Virus record (IMG/VR): IMGVR_UViG_2579779007_000007
DNA: 35,575 bases
Origin: a virus
Taxonomy: Duplodnaviria > Heunggongvirae > Uroviricota > Caudoviricetes
Direction: 5' to 3' (one strand)
Part shown: positions 1-6,651 of the stretch, one piece after another
Layout of the letters: the number at the start of each line of letters is the position of its first letter
How positions within the stretch are numbered: position 1 is the first letter of the stretch
Notes under the pieces: generated by a model
Seen by the model: the letters and a program-made list of their open reading frames with translations, nothing else
Database searches by the model: none
Told to the model about the DNA's origin: nothing
Translations under genes and position numbers: made by a program

Positions 1-21
1 ATGCGAGAGACAGTCGAAATT

Positions 22-351
22 ATGCGTTATCCCGTCACTCTTACACCCGCGCCGGAAGGCGGTTATATGGTTTCTTTTGTGGATATCCCTGAAGCGTTGA
101 CCCAGGGCGAAACTGTCGCTGAAGCGATGGAAGCGGCAAAAGATGCTTTACTGACCGCATTTGATTTTTATTTTGAAGATAACGAGCTTATCCCGTTACC
201 TTCGCCATTAAATAGTCATGATCACTTTATTGAAGTACCTTTGAGCGTCGCCTCTAAGGTATTGCTGTTAAATGCTTTTTTACAGTCAGAAATCACTCAG
301 CAAGAGTTAGCCAGGCGAATTGGCAACCCGAATGTAGTCAACCCAAAATAA
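22..351 (+). CDS. hicB: HicB-family antitoxin, N-terminal domain only; ORF ends after 8 unrelated codons, apparently disrupted by the AT-rich element
   Basis: Translation MRYPVTLTPAPEGGYMVSFVDIPEALTQGETVAEAMEAAKDALL... matches the enterobacterial HicB N-domain as recalled. Start of an Xre-like HTH (ITQQELARRIG) is cut off near nt 331. GC drops from about 50% to about 35% after nt 340. Confidence 0.6.
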   Translation: MRYPVTLTPAPEGGYMVSFVDIPEALTQGETVAEAMEAAKDALLTAFDFYFEDNELIPLPSPLNSHDHFIEVPLSVASKVLLLNAFLQSEITQQELARRIGNPNVVNPK

Positions 352-583
352 CTAAAAATTTTGCAATAAAAAGCCCCATCTCAAGGACAAGGCTTAGAAA
401 TCAACTAATTAACATAGTTTCCAGATCAAAGGGGTTATAATGAAATCCATAAAAGGTGATCTGTTAGCTGGGTGCTGTATATCTAAAATGTTACTTAATT
501 AATATCGTTCTGGTGGTTAGCTTTCATCGCATCCCACCATTTTTGAGTAATCTTCATGCTATTGAATTGCATCATTTCACCTC

Positions 584-1363
584 TTACTCTGCGTCTACCA
601 TGTCACATGCAAATTGAGTGTGTTTATATTCAGAATCAAATTTTGGTTCAATTACTTCAAGACGCATGTCACCTTTTTTGCTTACCCAGATGTTATAAGT
701 GTTAACACGTCCAATAGCATCCTGTTTGGATTTACCTTCCATTGCGTTTGGATTCTCTTTAGATGGCTTGAGACTTGATTTATAAACATCATACTTGTCG
801 GAATACACAAAAGATACAGGAACATCGTCTACCATTTTGATCTTAAGTTTACCGCCGTTATTATCAAAAGTTTTGTTTCCGTAGAGTTTATCTTTTACAG
901 CTTCTGTTTCCTCACCATCGATAACTTTCCATGTAAATTTTGTAGTACATGCGTAAATCGCGGTAACATTCAGTTTCTTTACTTCTTCCTGTTTCGGTTG
1001 TTCTTCTTCAATCTTCGCAGAAGTCTCTGAATCGCTCTCTGACGCGGTTTCTTCTTTAGATAATACATTCATCAAGTTTTGGATTTGAGCGTTGTATACA
1101 GCCTCCAGTGGCTGAATCTGCCCGATATTGATCATTGTATCACGAACAGTTTTATTCCAGTTGCGTTGCTCTTGTTTAAGAGACGGATCAATCTTAACAG
1201 CCTTAACATATACTTCATGAAGTTTAGAATCCAGTGCGGAGATTGACTCATTAGCACAAATAAACTTCTCTGATTTGGTTATAGCCTTAGTGCAATCAAA
1301 GGACGCAGCATCAGCACCGAAAGCAGTAGCAGAAAGCACGATAGCAGCGATAATGTTTTTCAT
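584..1363 (-). CDS. secreted protein with N-terminal DUF1311 (LprI-like, lysozyme-inhibitor family) domain and an unknown C-terminal domain
   Basis: 259 aa ORF with signal peptide MKNIIAAIVLSATAFGADAA. Motif C..A.T..E..IC...L..LD..L...Y followed by QR.W...RD is typical of DUF1311. RBS AGAGG upstream. Confidence 0.5.
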   Translation of the reverse strand: MKNIIAAIVLSATAFGADAASFDCTKAITKSEKFICANESISALDSKLHEVYVKAVKIDPSLKQEQRNWNKTVRDTMINIGQIQPLEAVYNAQIQNLMNVLSKEETASESDSETSAKIEEEQPKQEEVKKLNVTAIYACTTKFTWKVIDGEETEAVKDKLYGNKTFDNNGGKLKIKMVDDVPVSFVYSDKYDVYKSSLKPSKENPNAMEGKSKQDAIGRVNTYNIWVSKKGDMRLEVIEPKFDSEYKHTQFACDMVDAE

Positions 1364-1721
1364 TTTATACCTCTTTTGGTATGGACTGACTTTTAGATGC
1401 TTACTTTATTGATTTTTGATATTTTTTCAATTATTGGGATGAGATTTAGTAATTAAATTAAGAAATTAATGCTTGACAAATTAAAAAGGTACTGTTCCAC
1501 GGATGAAATAAAGGGAGTTTTCGGCACCCCGGTATTTGATACGCGTGTGAGATTTTAAAACGTGATCAGTGCAGTCCTAGCGCGGTTGCTACGCGACTAT
1601 TAACCCACTTCCTAGCCCTTACCATTACTGGATCTTTCCCTTCGTTAGAATGCGATTTAGGCGCTTAGATTGTGCGTAAAACCAATAAATAAAATTACGC
1701 AAATTTAATGGAGGATAACCA

Positions 1722-2276
1722 ATGAAAGAAGAATTAACCCTTACAGAAATTTCCCGTTTATACGGCTATTCATTGAATGGTGGCGCTAAGCGATGGATAG
1801 AAAGGGGATTGCCATTTAACACCAATACCCGCCGCGTGCCAGCCAAAGAAGGAACAGAATGGGTCTTGAAAAATATTATCAACCCGCTTAAACAAACTTC
1901 TATCAAAGAACAAATCGATGTAGAGAAATTACGCCGTGAACGTGCTTTGGCAGATGCAGCCGAACGAGAGAACCAGGAAAAAATGAATCTCCTGATTCCT
2001 GTCGGTTATGTAGAACAGGAACTAGCGGAATATTGCGGGAAAGTGAAGCAGACTATTTTGCAGATCGCCACAATTGACGTTTTGGAAGTTCTCGAATCTG
2101 CCACCGACCAGAAAACATTGAAGAACAAATTAAGGGAGATCATCGAGCGTCGTTTAAATGAAGTAGGGGACTTGTTCGAAAATGCTGATTTGGGAGAAGA
2201 CGAGGAAGAAGAATTACCATTAATGGATGAACCGGAAGAAGAACCAGAAGAAGACGATGAATTTGATGTGTCTTAA
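1722..2276 (+). CDS. lambda Nu1-like terminase small subunit (putative)
   Basis: 184 aa. N-terminal winged-HTH-like segment, central EKLRRE..AL.DA segment resembling lambda Nu1, acidic C-terminus. RBS GGAGG. Pairs by family with the gpA-type large terminase at 8493. Confidence 0.5.
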   Translation: MKEELTLTEISRLYGYSLNGGAKRWIERGLPFNTNTRRVPAKEGTEWVLKNIINPLKQTSIKEQIDVEKLRRERALADAAERENQEKMNLLIPVGYVEQELAEYCGKVKQTILQIATIDVLEVLESATDQKTLKNKLREIIERRLNEVGDLFENADLGEDEEEELPLMDEPEEEPEEDDEFDVS

Positions 2277-2327
2277 AATTTCTATACTAAATACATATGT
2301 GAAAGATGTTGAGCTGGTCAACGTCTA

Positions 2328-2363
2328 CGGGGGAGAACATCCCCCGCTTAACCTTTTTCTTAT
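2328..2363 (+). terminator. putative intrinsic terminator after the Nu1-like gene
   Basis: CGGGGG-agaacat-CCCCCG hairpin followed by a T-rich tract that begins 7 nt after the stem. Confidence 0.35.
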
Positions 2364-2377
2364 TTGAGGATTTACCT

Positions 2378-2479
2378 ATGGTTGAATTTTTGATTTATCT
2401 TACTGTAGGATTAACTATCGTATATTCACTGGCACATATTGGCATTTCTGCTGTGTGTAACGCTTTCAAGTATCATTAA
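2378..2479 (+). CDS. small hydrophobic peptide (33 aa, one predicted TM helix)
   Basis: Manual translation MVEFLIYLTVGLTIVYSLAHIGISAVCNAFKYH, with GAGGA about 8 nt upstream. Below the 60-aa ORF-track cutoff. Confidence 0.3.
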   Translation: MVEFLIYLTVGLTIVYSLAHIGISAVCNAFKYH

Positions 2480-2532
2480 TTAAATCGATGAATTGAACTA
2501 TAGATGATGGTCGTGTTCAAAGAGGATTATCT

Positions 2533-2706
2533 ATGGATCTTTTTGTCTACTTTGCTACTCTGCTGTTTTTGACTATCGTCGCTGGCATTAAATTGATTTT
2601 TATATCGCTGGTGGTGTTTTTCAAATTTCTAATCGGTACGCCTTACGGCTGGGTATGCTTCTTTTTGTTTATTCTTTTTAGTTGCTGTAAAAAGGATACT
2701 AAATAA
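2533..2706 (+). CDS. small membrane protein (57 aa, two predicted TM helices)
   Basis: Manual translation MDLFVYFATLLFLTIVAGIKLIFISLVVFFKFLIGTPYGWVCFFLFILFSCCKKDTK, with AGAGGA 7 nt upstream. Confidence 0.35.
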   Translation: MDLFVYFATLLFLTIVAGIKLIFISLVVFFKFLIGTPYGWVCFFLFILFSCCKKDTK

Positions 2707-2864
2707 TAGTGTAATCTGCCTTTTCTCCTTATGGTTATTAACAGGGGATCTTCTTTGAGGATTCCCGATTAAAAGCCATAAAACACACTCCAGTACAGTG
2801 TTTTCATAGTCAGTGATCTATACAACACAAAAACATAACAAGTATAGATTGAGTATTAATCCTC

Positions 2865-2890
2865 CCGCCCCTTCGGGGCGGTTATTTTTC
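2865..2890 (+). terminator. intrinsic terminator
   Basis: CCGCCCC-ttcg-GGGGCGG hairpin followed by TTATTTTT. Confidence 0.6.
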
Positions 2891-2966
2891 TGGCTTTAAA
2901 GAATAATGTAGCATTATGTTCATTATAACCTCATCTTTGTTGTGCAAACCTAACCTAAACTTACTA

Positions 2967-2992
2967 GGGACTCTTCGGAGTCCCTTTTTTTT
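2967..2992 (+). terminator. intrinsic terminator, possibly bidirectional
   Basis: GGGACTC-ttcg-GAGTCCC hairpin followed by eight T. It abuts the stop codon of the minus-strand gene 2991..3233. Confidence 0.6.
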
Positions 2993-3233
2993 ATGCAACA
3001 ATTCGAAGTGTAAGTTTCTTATGTTGTGTAGGTTTAGTTTCATTTCGCCACTCAGGGAATACATGATCCATCATAACCGCATTAGTCTCATCAATCAGCT
3101 TTAAGGACTTTCTCAACGCCTTATTATCAGCTTTAAGAGTTTTAATCTCTGATTCCATCGCTACCATTCTTTCTTTCATTTTGGTAATTTCTAACATCAG
3201 ATTACCCAGAAATTCTTTGTTTTGATTCATCAT
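2991..3233 (-). CDS. hypothetical coiled-coil protein (80 aa)
   Basis: ORF with RBS GAGGGGTGAA. Heptad-rich sequence. Lies 16 nt downstream of the 333-aa gene on the same strand. Confidence 0.45.
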   Translation of the reverse strand: MMNQNKEFLGNLMLEITKMKERMVAMESEIKTLKADNKALRKSLKLIDETNAVMMDHVFPEWRNETKPTQHKKLTLRIVA

Positions 3234-3248
3234 AGATTCACCCCTCTA

Positions 3249-4250
3249 TTAAGCTGCGTATGCGTAGGCGCTGTAGTTGGTGTCGTAGATAGCGTCATGC
3301 AGTGCCATCTGTGCTTCGCGGATCTCGTCTTCGTTTACTTCAATCTCTTCTTGTTCTTCTTCGGTATCTTCCCAAGTGGTTTTGAATTTAGCCATAAAGT
3401 TATTGCGCAGGGATTCAAAGTTAGTAACAGGTGCGGATTTTTCTTCAACCGGAACTACTACCGGATCAGCTTCTTTCTGTTCTTCCTGTTCTACTTTTTC
3501 ACCATTACCCCAGCGATAGTTAAGGAGTTCTTCCAGTTCTTCATCAATGGATTTTTCTTCAACTGCTTCAACTTCAACCGCTGCTACTTCGAAAGTGGTT
3601 TCCTGTGCTGCCAGTTCAGCTTTCAGAGATGCGTTTTCAGCTTCCAGTTCAGCAATGCGTGCTTTCAGTGCTTCAACTTCGGAAGATTCAACCACTGCAA
3701 CTTCTTCTTTAACTTCTTCAACTACTACCGGAGCAACTTCTTTCTGTGCTTCTTTTTTGCAGAAGAAGGAGGAAGTAACCTGTAATGCGTGGTTGTAGAA
3801 GGAACCGCCTTTAGCGGTGTTAACAGTACCAGAAACATCCTTTACAGTGGATTCGGTAGCAACAGTACGGAAGCGTTTTGCGACTTCCTGGGTCTCTACG
3901 CCGTATTCGTTACGCTTGCTCTTGTGATGCATTACAGCACGGAAGCCGGAAGCAGTTTTAACAACAGCCAGATAGTAAGTTTCATCGGCTTTAACAGCAC
4001 GAGCGAAGCAATAAACGGATTCACCTTCTACCAGTGTAGGTTTAACGTGACGTTTGTCGAAACGGTTAGTGATCTGCCATTCAGCACCGTCTTTGATGCC
4101 AGCATTCTGACGCATTTCGGTCAGAGTCTTACCGGATACTACTTCAAAGGATTTGTCTTGTTTGCTTGCTTTACCTTCCATGACGGTAATGTTCAGTTTG
4201 CCGTTGGATTTAATAAACAGGTTGAAGGTGATGCGCTTAGAATTTTTCAT
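3249..4250 (-). CDS. hypothetical protein: N-terminal globular domain, central coiled coil (EALKARIAELEAENASLKAEL), acidic C-terminal region
   Basis: 333 aa ORF with RBS GGAG. Coding-like composition. No family recognised. Confidence 0.6.
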   Translation of the reverse strand: MKNSKRITFNLFIKSNGKLNITVMEGKASKQDKSFEVVSGKTLTEMRQNAGIKDGAEWQITNRFDKRHVKPTLVEGESVYCFARAVKADETYYLAVVKTASGFRAVMHHKSKRNEYGVETQEVAKRFRTVATESTVKDVSGTVNTAKGGSFYNHALQVTSSFFCKKEAQKEVAPVVVEEVKEEVAVVESSEVEALKARIAELEAENASLKAELAAQETTFEVAAVEVEAVEEKSIDEELEELLNYRWGNGEKVEQEEQKEADPVVVPVEEKSAPVTNFESLRNNFMAKFKTTWEDTEEEQEEIEVNEDEIREAQMALHDAIYDTNYSAYAYAA

Positions 4251-4295
4251 TTATAAATACTCCTGAATGCTGTGTTAGTTTTAATTGTTCATATC

Positions 4296-4330
4296 AAAAG
4301 CCTCCTTGCGCCAACAGGGAGGCTTTTTTA
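4296..4330. terminator. bidirectional terminator-like hairpin between the 60-aa and 333-aa genes
   Basis: AAAA-GCCTCC-ttgcgccaacag-GGAGGC-TTTTTT: an A-run before and a T-run after the stem. Confidence 0.4.
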
Positions 4331-4367
4331 TTTTTAAAGCCATCATATAATTCTCAGTGAAAGGTTA

Positions 4368-4550
4368 TTACCAGACCTCGGCGGTAATCTTTACTTTAAT
4401 ATCATACTTCTTTAAGAGTTTGTGGAAGGTTGATTGATCAATACCTTCACCTTTAAACCATTCACCCATCACTACATCAGGTGTCAGTTCAAAATAACGC
4501 TTTGCCATTTCTAAAACGATTTCACGAGTGAACTTAACAGGTCGTGCCAT
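4368..4550 (-). CDS. small HTH DNA-binding protein (60 aa)
   Basis: Strong RBS AGGAGGA. Pattern FTREIVLEMAKRY...GIDQSTFHKLLKKY resembles IS/phage-type HTH. Confidence 0.5.
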   Translation of the reverse strand: MARPVKFTREIVLEMAKRYFELTPDVVMGEWFKGEGIDQSTFHKLLKKYDIKVKITAEVW

Positions 4551-4907
4551 CTTATATCCTCCTAAATCTGGAATAATGATTTCTTAAAAAAGAGCTTTTC
4601 GCTCTGAACAATTCTATTTATAAAATGTTTTTCGAAAAACCCTGTAAAACCACTGTATATCCGATCAGTGGGAGCACGAATTGCTAAAGAGAAGATTAAT
4701 AATTAATCAATTCGTACATTATTCAATCGAATAAGCACTGTATGTTTAGCCAGTTCTGTATGAATTAACAGTGAGTCAGGGGATTTTCAGAAGTGAACAA
4801 TCATTTCATGCATGTATTTATACACGAAAAAATCTTGCGTATCATCAATATGGGGATTGTTTCGAAAATTTCAACCCCTACCAACGAGAAAAAGCATAAA
4901 ATAATCC

Positions 4908-4921
4908 TTGACAGTTGTCAA
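4908..4921. promoter_or_regulatory. palindrome TTGACA-gt-TGTCAA (back-to-back -35-like hexamers or operator)
   Basis: Perfect 6-bp arms. A leftward -10 candidate TATGCT lies 17 bp away on the minus strand, positioned to drive the 4550-to-2991 cassette. Confidence 0.3.
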
Positions 4922-4946
4922 TACACTTGATCTAAGCGAGAAATGA

Positions 4947-4969
4947 CTATCAAAATTTTTGTGTGAAAA
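4947..4969. repeat. direct repeat copy 1: CTATCAAAATTTTTG-TGTGAAAA
   Basis: Near-identical 22-23 bp copy at 5096..5117. A DnaA-box-like TTATCAACC sits between them at 4983..4991. Confidence 0.5.
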
Positions 4970-5095
4970 TGGCGGATAACGATTATCAACCTTTATAACC
5001 TATTATAGCACGGCGACCTTTTGATAATTCTTTTTAAATCATGCATTTACGGCGGTTTTTGGTGATTTTCTGGTTAAATAATATACAAGAATTTT

Positions 5096-5117
5096 CTATC
5101 AAAATTTTTGATGAAAA
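5096..5117. repeat. direct repeat copy 2: CTATCAAAATTTTTG-ATGAAAA
   Basis: See copy 1. This copy directly abuts the iteron array. Confidence 0.5.
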
Positions 5118-5118
5118 A

Positions 5119-5239
5119 CCTACACTACAAACCTACGCTTTAAAGGGATTGGCCTACACTACACTAGCCAGTAAACCTACACTATAACACCCTCAAACCT
5201 ACACTATGAAACCTACACACCTACACTAACCCTACACTT
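5119..5239. repeat. iteron array: about 8 direct copies of CCTACAC(T/G)(A/T) in about 120 bp
   Basis: Copies start at 5119, 5132 (variant), 5153, 5176, 5198, 5212, 5220 and 5231. Several spacings are 21-23 bp. Preceded by an AT-rich tract, inside a 1.27-kb stretch with no ORF of 60 aa or more. Confidence 0.7.
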
Positions 5240-5584
5240 CAATCTCATAAGTGTATGATCTTGAAAGACATTTCACCCCACAGACCATAGAATATAAAAT
5301 TCGAACTAACGTTCTCCTTTTTGCTCGTTTTCTCTCACTACGTTCAAGAAAGATCTCGCAAAAAGAATACGGCGTAGCCGTGCGCGAAGCGCCCATCAAC
5401 ACCTTCTAAGACCTGCAAGCAGGATTCGAAAGGGATTGGATAGTTCGCTTCGCTCACGTTCACGCCTACGGCGTTCACTCGCTTTTGAAAGGATTTTCTT
5501 AGAAAGGGATTTAATACTAGTTACTAACTGATTCTAGTAAACGAACGAAGTGAGTAACAATCACTTTCTAGAAAGGTATTGGTT

Positions 5585-5613
5585 ATCCCTTCGGGATTGC
5601 AACCTTCGGTTGC
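5585..5613 (+). other. two tandem GC-stem hairpins with TTC(G) loops (candidate structured RNA element)
   Basis: ATCCC-ttc-GGGAT immediately followed by GCAACC-ttc-GGTTGC. No clean T-run follows. Confidence 0.35.
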
Positions 5614-5817
5614 TAAATTGCTTCCTGATTATTATTTCTCCAAAAGAAAGATTCTTATATTCTAAAGATACTTCTTCGTTTTGATGATGATTTAATCAAA
5701 CCATGAAGGAGGGCTTTAGCCCGACTGAATACAATCACCTTTCATAATAACAAGAATTTTCTCTTTATAAATAATAGTGAACTTACTTGATTCACTTTCT
5801 TTTAGAGGATTTCCACT

Positions 5818-6285
5818 ATGAACCATAAAATGACTACCACTACTCCTTTTATCCTTCTGGGTCTGGATTCTGATAGCTTCCACAATGACAAGTTAATGAA
5901 GATGTTCCGTGAACGTGGTTATAACATCCTTTTCAACTCTGATGAATCCCATTTCTCTAGTGCATGGTATGCGTTTTACCGTAATAAGAAGCCGACCATT
6001 GTAGTTAACTGCTTCACCGATGAAGAACGCTTAAAGTACCAGGATCTACCAGCAATTATTGTCCGTGATGATCTGCCGTTTCAAGTCCGTTCCGGTGACA
6101 TTGATCTGGGTAGCTTCGTTACTGTCTATGAACTGGATGAAGCAATGTTTAACTACGGCAAAGAAACCGCTCAGGAAGCCCCAGAAGAAGATGAACAAGA
6201 CGAAGATGACGACGACTACGCACCAATCTGTTTTTCTTCTCAGAATGGCTTCTACGGTTACGACGAAGGCTTAGATATGCTGTAA
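5818..6285 (+). CDS. hypothetical acidic protein (155 aa)
   Basis: RBS AGAGGA. N-terminal alpha/beta-like segment (PFILLGLDSDSF...), then a strongly acidic stretch EEDEQDEDDDDY. Confidence 0.55.
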   Translation: MNHKMTTTTPFILLGLDSDSFHNDKLMKMFRERGYNILFNSDESHFSSAWYAFYRNKKPTIVVNCFTDEERLKYQDLPAIIVRDDLPFQVRSGDIDLGSFVTVYELDEAMFNYGKETAQEAPEEDEQDEDDDDYAPICFSSQNGFYGYDEGLDML

Positions 6286-6320
6286 GTTAGGTCAACCCTT
6301 TGGCGTCTTGTCAAGGGGTA

Positions 6321-6349
6321 TTGACAAAAATTTCTGACTTTTTTATGAT
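6321..6349 (+). promoter_or_regulatory. sigma70-like promoter TTGACA-17 bp-TATGAT
   Basis: Consensus -35, 17-bp spacer, 5/6 match at -10. An inverted TTGTCAA lies just upstream (6309..6315). Positioned to drive the 6408 ORF and the Rha gene. Confidence 0.5.
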
Positions 6350-6407
6350 TGTCGCACTTGACAACTTTAAACCTATTTGACCTAGATTTGTAAATGGGAT
6401 GTTAATT

Positions 6408-6554
6408 ATGAACACTACTAAGAAAATTGATGGACGTAAAACCCCGAACCGCAAACCGTGGACCCCAAACCTGAATTTCTCAATGGTTGACTTCCATGAA
6501 CGCCAGCGTCGCATTCAAGAAGAAATTGATCGCGCGATTGCTGAATCTAAATGA
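6408..6554 (+). CDS. small basic protein (48 aa), hypothetical
   Basis: Manual translation MNTTKKIDGRKTPNRKPWTPNLNFSMVDFHERQRRIQEEIDRAIAESK. Its start region resembles the Rha start (ttaattatgaaYact...). Confidence 0.3.
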   Translation: MNTTKKIDGRKTPNRKPWTPNLNFSMVDFHERQRRIQEEIDRAIAESK

Positions 6555-6580
6555 GATAAAAACTTCTTATAAATAAAATT

Positions 6581-6602
6581 GTTCCGGTGATGCTGCCGGA
6601 AC
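6581..6602 (+). promoter_or_regulatory. perfect hairpin GTTCCGG-tgatgctg-CCGGAAC just upstream of the Rha RBS
   Basis: 7-bp perfect stem with no T-run after it, so possibly an attenuator, processing site or protein-binding palindrome. Confidence 0.3.
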
Positions 6603-6651
6603 TAGGAGGATCAATATCATTATCGCAAAACCGTTTAAGGGGAATTTAATT

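Noticed and set aside
498-575. 26-aa minus-strand ORF (MMQFNSMKITQKWWDAMKANHQNDIN) just downstream of the DUF1311 gene
   Set aside because: It has a plausible RBS but is too short to support without conservation or expression data.
3222-4256. Plus-strand ORFs 3222..3785, 3547..3798 and 3789..4256
   Set aside because: They are antisense to the better-supported minus-strand 333-aa gene and translate to low-complexity Phe/Ser/Cys-rich sequence.
5119-5239. CRISPR array or single-subunit phage RNA polymerase promoters (CACTATA-like cores) as the explanation for the CCTACACTA repeats
   Set aside because: Repeats are only about 9 bp with irregular 8-23 bp spacing and no cas genes, and no phage-type RNA polymerase gene is in the window. 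Iterons or binding sites fit better.
5330-5620. tRNA or other canonical RNA gene in the long non-coding region
   Set aside because: Sequences such as GGATTCGAAAGGG look superficially T-arm-like, but no cloverleaf with acceptor, D and anticodon stems could be assembled by eye. Left as unexplained structured DNA.
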